Positions 12,801 through 25,075 of a DNA stretch of 64,000 nucleotides are shown in pieces. The stretch spans positions 79,050,001 to 79,114,000 of the forward strand of contig OX597819.1 of the NCBI GenBank assembly GCA_951406725.2. Reading direction: 5' to 3'. The notes beneath the pieces were generated by a model. It did no database searches and was not told the DNA's origin. It saw nothing but the letters and a program-made list of their open reading frames with translations. The position numbers were made by a program, and so were the translations under genes. The DNA is from Octopus vulgaris (lineage: Eukaryota). Numbering within the stretch: the stretch's first letter is position 1; each line of letters starts with the position of its first letter.

Positions 12801-14175
12801 TAGCTGAAGGTGACCCGCTCTACGCGCGGGCAAGAGTGTGGTATATACATAAATGTATACAAATTATATATATATATATATATATATAAATACAGATATA
12901 TACACTTTGTATATATACATTATATATACATATTTATATATAGATACACACACACACACACACATATATATAAATTAATTTCATTTTGAGGTCTCTGCTA
13001 ATGTCATGTGTAAGTGGTCGTCATTGAGAAGTAGTCCGCGCCTCAAACATGCTTCCCTGTAAGTGGCGCAGATGATACCATCAACCGTGCGAAGATCAGC
13101 AAAAGACTTCGGTCCAGTAACTACATGAAGCAGCATTCTCAAAAAGAAGATTTCCTGTTTGGTAGGATGAATATTATACACACGCCCAATGACGTTCTTC
13201 CTAGAAACACCGGGCCAATTGTCAAGTTCTGTTCCATGTGACCTGCGCTTCCAATTATTGTTGTTGTATGTGTAATATTCCGGTACTTCAGGGTAAATGA
13301 GAGTAGCAGCAAACTCATCAGCTGAACACAATTTAAAAAACGCTGTAAGCGTAGTCCATTTTGGATTTTCAATGACTTGACGTGCATTTTTCTCTGAAGT
13401 AAACCAGCTGTCTCTTCTGTAAATGAACATTCAGGTGGAAAACTGATGGTGAGCTTAGATGAATCTCGTATCCAAAAATGCGTCACGCTGCATAATTGGA
13501 GGATACATACATACCGAAAACGAATTGTTTAATTTCGTCATGTCTAAGGTCTTCATCACTGAAAACAAACACGGCCATATCATCGCCCTTATTAATGTAC
13601 TTGCAGAGGTATTGTATGCATCTCACCGAACTGCAGTACTCAACATTAATGTGTGCATTAAATGTTTTGGAAAGCAAAGGGTTGAATGGAACAATCCAGG
13701 CATTATCAACATCGAATGTTATTAACCGTTGTCTAACTGTAGCTGTGCGGCCACCCAAACCTGTTTGGTGGTGGTGGTGGCGATAATTGTCTGTATGAAT
13801 GCAGACAGACGTGTAGAGAGAGAGAGAGTGAGAGAGAGAGAGAGAGAGAGTGTGTGTGAAAGCGCTGTAGAACGCCGGTTGACGAATCGACGTTATGTAT
13901 AGAAAGTGATGGGAAGGGAGGAAATAGAGTGAGTGAGTGAGGAAGACAGATACATAAAAGACTGAGTGTGGACTTGTCAAAGTGGGTTTTTGGCCCTAGC
14001 AACGACACCTTTTAAGATAGGGATTTCTAACGTAACCTACGGGCATCGTCACCTCACTTTACGTGTCCCTGTAAATTTTGGAGTCAATCCGACGGGGATG
14101 TAGTGGCGTTGAAAGCGGGTCAAGCGGTCGAGTCAAACAAACAAACTTTTCGCATTTCAGTTTTATAAATAGAGA
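12801..14175 (-). mobile_element. Internally deleted Helitron carrying Rep (HUH) domain fragments
   Basis: 5' TCTCTATTTATAAAA at 14175. Subterminal hairpin CCCGC..GCGGG at ~12814-12830, then the CTA(G) end. Rep fragments DNAWIVPFNPLLSKTFNAHINVEYC..IQYLCKYINKG and TTLTAFF..IGRVYNIHP..FFLRMLLHVVTGPKSFADLRTVDG..TYREAC..GLL. Confidence 0.93.
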
Positions 14176-14178
14176 TAA

Positions 14179-14244
<66 letters not shown>

Positions 14245-14249
<5 letters not shown>

Positions 14250-14412
14250 GGTTTAGTGGAGTGGTTAGGTTACTCGGCTCACGATCGTATAGCTGTGAGT
14301 TCGATTCTAGGTGACATGTTTTGTCCTTGAGCAAGACACTTTATTTCACATTGCTCCAGTCCACTCATCTGGCAAAAATGAGTTGTACTTGCAATTCACG
14401 CTCAATCTCCCT
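14245..14412 (+). mobile_element. CORE-like SINE family D, 5' part
   Basis: GCGCGTGGTTTAGTGG..GAGTTCGATTC..CCTTGAGCAAGACACTTTATTTCAC..AATGAGTTGTAC. Confidence 0.75.
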
Positions 14413-15242
14413 AAATTTCTTCTTCTTCGTCACAATCACCGCCACTGTCGTCACCATGACTGTCGTCGACGCCACCGTTTGCGTCGACATCATCTCCGCC
14501 TTTCGTCACCACCGCCTTCGTCACCGTCGTCGTATTCATCGTCACCGTTTTTGTTGTTGATGTCAAGGATGCATATTTCTGTTTTCTGAAGGTGTACGCC
14601 ACACATTGTTTATTCAACTACGCAATGTCGGTCGTTCGCCTCAGTCAAGCTTTGCCAATGACAATTTCATCATCATTATCATCATCATCATCATCATCAT
14701 CGTCGTCGTCGTCATCATCACCATCACTCGTTTTAAGTATTTATATAACTATATTTAACTGTATTACATGATAAGAGTAGCTGAAGAAGACGTTGCTGAC
14801 ACAATCCTTCCTCCAGGTGTGTTTGTAATTTTGTCATGTCCAGAAGCTCTTGAGTCTTAGAATTTCCATATTTGTTTCTTGTATTTTTTTCCCGTGAGCA
14901 CAGAATACGTCATGTGTTCATGGTGAAGTTAAAAGTCGTGTATCATGCATTTTGTATTTCTGTAGTCTCTATAGATGTAATCTTTTGCGGGGAAATGTTT
15001 CCGTAAAATATGTTTGATAAGACTGGTTTAAAGCTGTTTTCCAAATATGAATGTGTTACTAAAATATGTAGTTGTTTCAGCCTTGGGTCAGCCCTGATCA
15101 AAGAGGTTTGTTATGATCAAAGCCGTTGTAGCCTTGTTCGTTTCACCTTTTCTTTAAAGCATGGATAGTATTTTTTTTGTTTTTGTTTTTGATTTTTAAA
15201 AAATGGTGAAGACTTTTGGTATGACTATATGTTTAAGAAGCT

Positions 15243-15455
15243 CACGTGCGTTCAGTTCCACTGCACGGCAACCCGAACAGGTGTCTTCTATATAGTCCTA
15301 GGCTGACCAGTACTTTGTGAGTGAATTTGCCAGACGGAAACTGTGGAAGCCGGTCGCATATATACGTATGTGCGTGTAAGTGCTTGTGTTTTTTTGTTTG
15401 TGTTTGTGGCTCCTCCACTTGATAATCGCTGTTGGTTTGTTTACATCTCCGTAAA
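15243..15455 (-). mobile_element. Diverged SINE family A fragment (reads on + strand; label tentative)
   Basis: GTTCAGTTCCACTGCACGG..GTGAGTGAATTTG..AGACGGAAACTGTGGAAGC resembles family A in + orientation. The copy is decayed. Confidence 0.5.
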
Positions 15456-15461
15456 CTAGAT

Positions 15462-15548
<87 letters not shown>

Positions 15549-15944
15549 GCTGAAATTGATGGGTGAGCGTTTGGCCCAAATGGATGCACAAAGAGCCGTG
15601 TAAGCGTTGATTTGTGGGTTCGATTTCGGCCTGGGCTAGCTCATCATTTTTCAGTCAATTGTTTATATATAAATGTTACTTTAAATCGGAGTATATATAT
15701 TATTATTATGATATATGTATATATGTAGATGTGTATATGTATGTATGTGTATACACACACACACATATAAAAACACATATATGATGGTTATTTCCTTGTA
15801 AATTTGTTAACTATTAATTTTATTTTTTTCTGTTGTGTGTAATGTAGTTTATGGGTATTGTAAAGTTGTTACATGTGTAGTGAAATTAATTTTATAATTG
15901 CATGTCTAGATTTAAATACTCGGAAATCGGCTCCAGGTGTAAGT

Positions 15945-16370
15945 CTCTAATGATTGGTCATGCGACCAGTCATGTGACACTGAAATACTTTGTCCAGTCA
16001 AGCATTTGGATTGGTCTAGTTTACGCAGGATATGAAGTGCGTTGCAAAATAGACCACCAGACGCGGCAAGTTAAAAATGTTAGCCTGAGCCTCAATTTGT
16101 CAATAAATAGCCTGAAATTTTTCGTTTTCACCAGTGAGGTGAGAAAGAGAGAGCATGGAGAAGGGAGAATATGTTTTCAAGAAGCCACGTCACATAATTT
16201 TTGTTCCTGTTGAAGCACGTGTAATCAAGTTTGACTGAGTTGAAAAGCCACCTGTGAAAAGCTACTTGTGAAAAACCGCTTATTTTCTACAGTTCTACAG
16301 TTCATAGCCATCTATGAAAAGCCACCTATTTTCTACAGTTCACATTTTCTTCGCCATGTATTCATCAGGT
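15945..16370 (+). promoter_or_regulatory. Candidate promoter-like unique island
   Basis: ATTGG boxes at 15953 and 16010, GTCATGTGAC at 15969, CCACGTCA at 16185, CACGTG at 16216, GCCATG at 16353, and CAG|GT at 16369. Motif evidence only. Confidence 0.25.
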
Positions 16371-17729
16371 TCGTTGTATAATTTTATTTAGCTGAAGATT
16401 AGTGACGCTCTTTAATAGAAATCGTGTTTTTGCATCATTTCCATCATTTTATATGCAATTCATGAGAAGTAAGAATTTGTATTAAAAAGCCCAGAGACAC
16501 GACCTTCCAGCTAAACATAATTTTTATCAAATTGGTTATTTCATTTGTGTAATTTGGGTATTGCTTTTATGTTTTTTTTTGTGAGTTACACTTTTTTAAG
16601 AAACTGAAATGATTTCTATGTAATATAATTGCGACATTACATGTTATTTAGTTTATATTTTCAAATTTTTGACGTAACCCTTTACAGGGCTGTCGAAACT
16701 GGTGGGAGTAAAAGAAGTAGGGAGGAAGAAAATATCCTCAAACCGAAGATGTGCCTCGAATTCTTGCAACTATGTGGACTAGCCTCCACTAAAACCATCC
16801 CAGGTGCTTGTTGGTGGTGTTAAACCAAGGGACGGATTAAGTCTAACCCCAACCCACCCTCGAGCAGGCCATTGTGAGATTTTAACTCAGAATGCAAGGA
16901 TCTAGAAGAAGCGATGTGATGGCATCAAGCATGGCGTTCTTACAGTTCTACCAAACCATCATCATGGATTGGTACTTTATTTATCGATCAAGGAAGGATG
17001 AAAGGCAAGGTTGACTTTCATCGGCGGGATTTGAACTCAGAGTGGAGAAAGTTGGAACAAATGCTGAAAGTGAGTATTGTAACTGTCGCTGAAATGACTC
17101 TTGTCAGTTGACTGCTTTTATAGGATATATCATCATCGTCGTCGTCGTCACGATGAAGAGGAAAATTTTCTTTTAGAAAAGCAAGACTGAAAATTTGATA
17201 TTTCTTGAGATTTGTAAAAAATCAAAAAAAAAAAAAAGAAAAAAAAAAGTTGTTGCTGTGCAACTTTTATGTTGTACCACTATCCTTGTATTTATCATCA
17301 TACTCTGGTGTAGATTATATCGACTTCGGCTCTATACCTCCTTAACAAAACTAAACAAAATGAAAAAGACATCTGTGGACTTGCATTAATATGAGACATT
17401 ACTATTATTTCCACCTCCTCATCTGCTTCATTTTACAACATGTCGCCTTGTCATCGTCGTATACTGCGACTCTCTCTCTCCTTCTCCCGGCCATTATCAT
17501 TATTATGGGTTGTGTAGTACGGAGTCAACCTGTGAGCTATATATGTGCTTGCATGAGAACTGTACAATTAACTGAACCCTGACTACAGTCTCACTCAGGT
17601 AAGTATTTGAGTAGATACTAACGTGACCTGTTTTCACTATTACACACAATAGATCATACAGAATACCAGGAACCAAAATAAAAATCACCGCTTACTCTAA
17701 CATGAGCAAAATCAGATATTCAGTAGCAG

Positions 17730-18280
17730 AACATTAAAGACCAGAAAGCTGCAGTGACTGTTGAATATCACAAGGCAGTTGCAGAAAGCATATATTAATA
17801 TTGCACGCTATCTTTCTAACTAACGAAAAGTTTCTCAATGCCACGGCAGAATATGGTGGCCTCTGTAGTAATAAATCAATCATTTGAGTTGCAATGAAAT
17901 TCTCGTAAGAATCTGGATGAGAATTCCAATAGCTATGGTAACTGCCAAAATGGACATAAAAATGGCAAATCAAATGACAATTTTGAAGAACCATGAATAT
18001 ATTCCCCTCTTCAGTATTTCCATGAACTGAATGTTCTACATTTAAATAACAAACTATTCGTAGTTTGATGAAAAAAAAAAAATTATGTAGCTTAACTAGC
18101 AAAGAAGCAACAACAATTTATGTTGAAGAATCAGCTATCATTACGATATGCATGGAATGGAATATCTATAAAACCTGTCACATTGGATGATAAATGTCAC
18201 CTGTGTAACACGGAACAACAATACACCATTTTCTATGTCAGATGGAATAATATATCATATCCTCTCAGGACATGATGTAT
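17730..18280 (+). pseudogene. Very decayed RLE-type LINE fragment (zinc-knuckle region)
   Basis: DDKCHLCNTEQ..(I)YHILSG near 18188-18270 resembles the CRxC..ETxxHILSGC knuckle. The rest is heavily disrupted. Confidence 0.4.
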
Positions 18281-18332
18281 TGTTCTAATTATTATCTTCG
18301 CTAATATATGCATACGTAGCATATATAGCATG

Positions 18333-18456
<124 letters not shown>

Positions 18457-18552
18457 TAGACATATATGCAGGCATACATACGTATAGATAAATAGGTACA
18501 TGGATAGACTGATAGATATACACACACATCTATATGCGTATATATAATATCA

Positions 18553-18588
<36 letters not shown>

Positions 18589-18645
18589 CTATATATCTAT
18601 ATGTATATATACATATACATATATATATGCATGTATATATATGTG

Positions 18646-18690
<45 letters not shown>

Positions 18691-19240
18691 TTATATATGT
18701 GTATATGTTTGTATATACATAGATATATATACATGTGTTTATATATACATATGTATACATATACGCGTGTGTATATATATGTATATATGTGCATATTTAT
18801 GTATATATATAATGCAATATATATATGTTTGTATGTAAATATGTATATTTATACTGATATGTATATATCTATGTGTATATATATATATGTTTGTATGTGT
18901 GCGTATGCATACATACATACACGCACATATATGTATGTATATTTGTATGTATGTATGCACACAGACATATAAGCAGGTGTAAATGACGAGAGGTAGAGAT
19001 CAAAACATAGCGATGGATGTATTAAGACACACCGCAAGCTGCATCTTTTGATTACCGGATAAACGTGCTAAAGTTTACACAGCACAATAAAGTGGCCGTT
19101 ATTTTTACTTATATTTCAATCTCTGTAATTATTATACTTACATCTATTTTCAGTACTACTACTAATTCATTTCAACAGGAATCATCTTACGATCCGTTTC
19201 CACTCAGTTTATCATATAATTATGCGGAACAATAGACATT

Positions 19241-19336
<96 letters not shown>

Positions 19337-19338
<2 letters not shown>

Positions 19339-19868
19339 TTTGGGCTCTACCTCAATGTCATGAAAACGAAGATCATGTCAACAGCAGCCACAACAAACAT
19401 CAGCATCAGGATCGATAATGAAGAGATTGAAGTGGTTGGCTCCAAAATAAATCGAGATGGTGACTGCACTCCAGAAATAAGACGGCGGATAGTACTAGGC
19501 AGAGAGGCAATGGTCAGCATGAGCAGGGTCTGGAAGAGTAGAGACATAAGACTCGCTACCAAATGCAGATTGGTGAATGCAATTGTCTTCCCAATAGCAA
19601 CATATGGATGCGAGACCTGGACACTAAAGAAAGCTGACCAGAAGAGAATTAATGCATTCGAGCTTTGGTGTTGGAGAAGACTTTTGCGGATTGCATAAAC
19701 AGCGAGGTTCACCAATGGAGAAGTTCTTAAGCCAGATAAGGCCAAAAATGTCGCTAGAAGCTGGGATCAGCAAGCGTAGATTGGCATATTTCTGTCATAT
19801 TATGCGGAGAAAATCCCCGGAGAAGAACATCATGCTCGGAATGGTCAATGGCAAGAGAGGAAGAGGCG
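19337..19868 (+). pseudogene. RTE (BovB-like) LINE, 3' RT/C-terminal fragment
   Basis: GLYLNVMKTKIM..GSKINRDGDCTPEIRRRI..TKCRLVNAIVFPIATYGCETWTLKKADQKRINAFELWCWRRLLRI..YFCHIMRR..MLGMVNGKRGRG. Confidence 0.92.
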
Positions 19869-19924
19869 TGCGTGTGTGTGCATCAGGGGTGGCTGTAGGC
19901 GCAGTCATGATGGCCGTAGGGACA

Positions 19925-20130
19925 GGCATGGCTATGTGGTAAGAGGCATGCTTTATTATCGGTTGCATTTTGGAGCTCCAAGAGCGTCGTTGTCTCTCCC
20001 TTGTTTATTAGGCATTTCGTTGCAATCTCCTGTTCTAAGATTGCAAATTCATAACCTTCGAAGTGTGATGTGATATAGCAGTCAAGAGTGCGGGAGAGAC
20101 TGCGTTTCATGTCGATAGTATTGCAAGGCC
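19925..20130 (-). pseudogene. R4/Dong-like LINE fragment
   Basis: YITSHFEGYEFAILEQEIATK matches 41039-41296 YITSHFEGYALTIQEQEIATK. Confidence 0.75.
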
Positions 20131-20314
20131 ATCTTAGCAGTATTATAAACCGCCAGGCAAATCAATGCTCTGGTTCCCACAGTAGTTATTTATTGAGAAG
20201 AAGCCACACCATATATAGATTAAAATCGGGCCCTTAAACTTGTGATGTCCCTGGGCAACTGTTCAGTAATGCCCATGTCTTAAGACAGCATATATATTAT
20301 TGTAAATAAATAAA

Positions 20315-20515
20315 TGCGCCCTTTTAAAGCCTAGCCAGGCTCATGGACCAGGTTTCCTGGTTTCTATGGCGTATGTGTTCCCCAGCTGGACGGGACGTCT
20401 GTCCATCGCAGCGTTACTCATTTTTGCTAACTGAGTGGATTGGAGCAACGTGAAAGGAAGTGTTTTGCTCAAGAACACAACGTGTCGCCCGGTCCAGGAA
20501 TCGAAACCACAATCG
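20315..20515 (-). mobile_element. CORE-like SINE with a distinct tail (family E)
   Basis: Shares TTGCTCAAGAACACAAC..CCGGTCC.GGAATCGAA head and core with family C but has a different 3' tail. Confidence 0.65.
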
Positions 20516-20519
20516 TTTT

Positions 20520-21155
20520 TGGAATAGCTTTCAAATCTTCACTGTGCCACTAACAGATTGGATTTGCAGGATCCGCATCAGTTTCTTATTTCTTTATTGC
20601 CCACAAGGGGCTAAACATAGAAGGGACAAACAAGGACAGACAACGGGATTAAGTCGATTACATCGACCCCAGTGTTTCACTGGTACTTAATTTATCGACC
20701 CCGAAAGGATGAAAGGCAAAGTCGACCTCGGCGGAATTTCAACTCAGAACGTAAAGACAGACGAAATACCTATTTCATTGCTGCCCACAAGGGGCTACAC
20801 ACAGAGGGGACAAACAACGACAGACAAACGGATTAAGTCAATTATATCGACCCCAGTGCGTAACTGGTACATATTTAATCGCCCTCCGAAAGGATGAAAG
20901 GCAAAGTCGACCTCGGTGGAATTTGAACTCAGAACGTAACGGCAGACGAAATACGGCTACGCATTTCGCCCGGCGTGCTGACGTTTCTGCCAGCTCGTTG
21001 ACTTTTCTTTTGTTCTTTCCCCGCATCAGTTTCTTCGGCTCTTTTCCCAAGAAACCGAGCACTTCTAGGTTAAGCACAAATGAGAATTCGTAATCAGGGA
21101 ACAACAGCTGTAAGTTCTGCATTAATTTGCCATAAATGTTCTCATTTTCCTGGAC
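20520..21155 (-). pseudogene. R4/Dong-like RLE-domain C-terminus split by a SINE dimer
   Basis: KVQENENIYGKLMQNLQLLFPDYEFSF..LGFLGKEPKKLMR (21155-21021) resumes as KKLMRILQIQSVSGTVKI (20587-20535). Confidence 0.8.
20588..21020 (-). mobile_element. Dimeric SINE B insertion with 15-bp TSD
   Basis: Two tandem monomers flanked by CCGCATCAGTTTCTT at 20573-20587 and 21021-21035. Confidence 0.88.
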
Positions 21156-21164
21156 TTTTGATTG

Positions 21165-21385
21165 TATGTATGTATATGAGCAGATTTGTATGTTTTGCTT
21201 TATACATGTATTCTCATGCATTTAGTTTCATATCTAGACATGCTCATATATATTTAAATGCTAAACTTCTGGAAAGTTTTACAGATTTTTACAATTCCAG
21301 TGATGGATTCGATCTGAAGTCTTCGAATAAGCTTTCTCCTTTCTGGTATTGAGAAGCCTAATTTCTCAAGATTGAGAAATTAGGC
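21165..21385 (-). pseudogene. 3' end of an R4/Dong-like LINE (same subfamily as 31700-32120)
   Basis: [29 protein letters not shown] plus a 3' UTR ending GCAAAACATACAAATCTGC, shared with 32040-32118. Confidence 0.8.
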
Positions 21386-21408
21386 AGTGTTATGTCTGTC
21401 TGTCTGTC

Positions 21409-21440
<32 letters not shown>

Positions 21441-21464
21441 TGTATGTATGTATGTATGTATGTA

Positions 21465-21833
21465 TGTATTCTTTTATTTGTTTCCGTCATTTTAGTCGGA
21501 CAAATCGACCCCAGGAATTATTCTTTGTAAGCCTAGTACTTATTCTATCGGTCTCATTTGCCGAACTGCTAAGTTAAGGTGACATAAACACACCAACATC
21601 GGTTGTCAAACGATGACGAGGAGACAATCATAGACACAAAGACACACATACATAGATATATATATACATATATACGACGGGCTTCTTTCAGTTTCCGCCT
21701 ACCAAATCCACTCACAAGGCTTTGGTCGGCCTGCGGCTATAGTCGAAGATACTAGCCCAAGGTGCCACGCAGTGGGACTGAGCCGGGAACTATGTGGTTG
21801 GGAAGCGAACTTCTTACCACACAGCCATGCCTG
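21465..21833 (-). mobile_element. SINE family A
   Basis: Reverse complement match to 1121-1524. Confidence 0.88.
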
Positions 21834-22324
21834 TATGTATGTATAAACACAAAGCCAGCTCAATAATGCCAATAATTGCACTGGAAATATTTTTCACACC
21901 TCCAGTTTATGAATGAAGTATCAGCAACACTAGAGAATGGCCAGGCCAGTAACAAAAGTCGGGAAGAGTAAGGAAATGAAAGAAGAAAGAGAGAGGGAGA
22001 GAGGAAACATACGCTTTCATAACAGTTGAGAAACATAGCGTGTGACCTTAGCATATTGCTTCATCGTGATTTTTAAAATCTGTTTAATTTGCTAAATTGA
22101 CAAAATATATTCAATAACATTAATAAAATTAGAAATAATCCGACTTGTGAGTTGAAAGAAAATTTAATTTGTCTCTGTTCGATTTAAGAAACAAACGATT
22201 TGGGCAGATGTAAAAAGAAATAGCTGTGTCTGTGTTTTAAAATTAGAAGTTATGTAAATTCAGTTAGAAAAACAAAGAACAAAACAGCGCCATTTTGTTT
22301 TTGCTTCTTAGTTTTTATTCAAAT

Positions 22325-22995
22325 CTTTTATCTTTTACTCGTTTCAGTCATTGAGCTGCGGCCATACTGGGGCTCTACCCTAAAGGGTTTAGTCGAATAA
22401 ATAGATTGCAGCGCATATTCTTTAAGTTGGGTCCTTATTCTATCCGTCATTTTTGTCGAATCGCTCAGTTACGGTTGCGTAAACAAGCCAACAAGCCAAC
22501 ATCGGTTGTAAAGCAGTGTTGGGACAATCACAAAGACACACATACGCATACATAACAAGCTTCCACACAGTTTCCGTCTACTGTATCCACTCATAAGACA
22601 TTGGTCGATCCAGGGCTTAAGGTGCCGCACAGTAGAATTGAACTTAAAACCACGTAGTTGCAAAACAAGCTTCTTAACTACACATATTTTAAGACCCAGG
22701 TTTTCGTAAAACATAACACGTCAACACCTATTCAAAAAAAATGGTAATGCTGAATATAGTACGAAATATATGTACTCTTTCACTTGTTTCAGTCACTGGA
22801 CTGCGACCATGCTGCAGCACTGCATTGAATAGTGTAATCGATCAAATCGACCCCAGTATTTATCTCACAAGTTTGGCGCTTGTTCTGTCGGTGTCTTTTG
22901 CCGAATTGCTACGTTGCGAAAACGTAAACAAAACGCTAAGCAGTATGAGGACAAACACAAAGGCATGCACACCCGCCCGCACACAAACACAATAA
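22325..22995 (-). mobile_element. Two diverged SINE family A copies (22325-22685 and a tail half at 22775-22995)
   Basis: TTTCAGTCA..CTGCG.CCAT.CTG tails and AACATCGGTTGT motifs. Confidence 0.7.
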
Positions 22996-23095
22996 CACAC
23001 ACGCACACCGGTGTTGCACACAGTTTATTGACTTCAGATGGTTGAAAGGCAAATAAACCTTAAACGAGTATTCAAGCTCAAAATGTGTGTGTGAA

Positions 23096-23181
<86 letters not shown>

Positions 23182-23204
23182 GTTGTGCCTTTTTTTGTTG
23201 GGTG

Positions 23205-23785
23205 AATGTGCGTGGATTAGTGATTATGGGTATTCGGCTCATGATCGAAAGGTCGTGAGTTCGATACACGGGGGGCGGGAGGCGCATTGTGTCCTTGGGC
23301 AAGATACTTTATTTCACTAAGGCGGCGAGCTGGTAGAATCGTTAGCACGCCAGGTGAAATGTTTAGTGGGTATTTCGTCTGTTTTTACGTTCTGAGTTCA
23401 AATTCCGCCGAGGTCTTCTTTGCCTTTCATCCTTTCGGGGTCGATGAATTAAGTACTAGTTACGCACTTGGGTCGATGTAATTGACTTAATCCCTTTGTC
23501 TGTCCTTGTTTGTCTCCTCTATGTTTAGACCCTTGTGGGCAATAAAGAAATAAGATACTTTATTTCACGTTCTTCCAGTCCACTCAGCCGGTAAAAACAA
23601 GTTGTACCTGTAATTCAAAGGACCAGCCTCGTCACATTCTGTGTCATGCTGATTCTCCCTGAGAACTACATTAAGGGTAGACGTGACTGTGGAGTGCTCA
23701 ACCACTTGTACGTTAATTTCACAGGCAGGCTGTTCTGTTGATAGGATCAACTGGAGCCCTCGTCGCCGTAACCGACGGAGTGCCA
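23205..23785 (+). mobile_element. SINE family D interrupted by SINE B (23318-23551) with 17-bp TSD
   Basis: AAGATACTTTATTTCAC at 23301-23317 and 23552-23568. D tail ..TCGCCGTAACCGACGGAGTGCC. Confidence 0.88.
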
Positions 23786-23959
23786 AATTATTTGTGTGTA
23801 TGAGTTTATGTATTTCTCTTTTACTTTCTCTTTTACTTGTTTCAGTCATTTGACTGCGGCCATGCTGGAGCACCGCCTTTAATCGATGTTTATATTTATT
23901 ACATACTTTTTATGAAACCAACACCAATGAAACTTTGAAGTAAATAATCTCATCTAGTA

Positions 23960-24150
23960 ATCCTTTCTGCTAAAGGCACATGACCCTGAAGTTTTTAGGG
24001 GAAGTGGCTAGTCGATTACATCGACCCCAGAGCACCACTGGTACGTATTTCATCGACCCCGAAAGGATAGACGGCAAAGTCGACCTCGGCGGAATTTGAA
24101 CTCAGAGCATAAAGACTGACGAAATGGCGCTAAGCATTTTAGCCAGAGTC
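23960..24150 (-). mobile_element. SINE family B
   Basis: GTCGATTACATCGACCCCAG..GGCAAAGTCGACCTCGGCGGAATTTGAACTCAG. Confidence 0.8.
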
Positions 24151-24699
24151 TCCATTAATAATGAAAATAAATGTCATTTTTATTCGTATTGAGTACTTCT
24201 TTCAGTGTATGTTCAGCGTATATAGGTACACACTACTATTAAACAAGAAAGTGTGTGTGTGTGTGTGTGTGTGTGAGTGTGTGTGTGTGTGTGTATGTGT
24301 GTACACTTAAACACGCTAAGTGAATGACCACTAAATATAGTAAAAAGTATGAAACCATAAAACTATTCTTATACAGTAAAAGCTGATAGTAACTTCGCAG
24401 TTTCGTCGTTTCGTGGCTTTAGCAAACAACATGTACATTCATACTTACAAACATGCAAACAAATATGCATACATATATTGATACATACATGCATTTACAC
24501 ATACATATATACATACACACACATATCTATTAAGAAAGAAAATCTCAACAATTGAAGACATCATGCAAAAATAAAAATCACCATTTTTGCCGGCGTATAA
24601 GACGTATTTCCTATTTTGTAGAAAAAATAAACAAACTCTGTGTTTCTCTATACACTCATTTAAAAATATTTGAAGGTGGCTTGCAAAGGAAAAATGCAA

Positions 24700-25020
24700 C
24701 GAGACTACAAAGCCAAAAACATGGCCAACAGGATGGGACACAGTAGTCGTTCTGATTGTGTCCGAACACCCGAATTCACCCCAGCATTTTTGAACAGGAA
24801 GTTGGGGTCAATCTCGGTGATGTTAAATTACAGGAGACTGTGGTCAAAACCTGGCTAGAAAGACACCAACGCACTGTCTGCAACATCAAGACGAAACTTG
24901 TGACCAAGATTAATAAGGAGTTCGTAGATCTTTCCAGGGACATAGTGAGAAACGCATGCGCTAGGTTCTGTAGCCGTCTTGAGTCGTGGGGGAAGATGAG
25001 AGCGACTACTTAGAGTAAAC
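24700..25020 (+). pseudogene. Tc1/mariner transposase C-terminal relic
   Basis: RTVCNIKTKLVTKINKEFVDLSRDIVRNACARFCSRLE..DYLE* resembles the Tc1-like ending ACxxFRxRLExVxxxxGxYxE*. Confidence 0.6.
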
Positions 25021-25075
25021 TGCTATCTCTCAGTCATCATCTAGTTGATATTCATTATTTTGATATTTTAAAATA

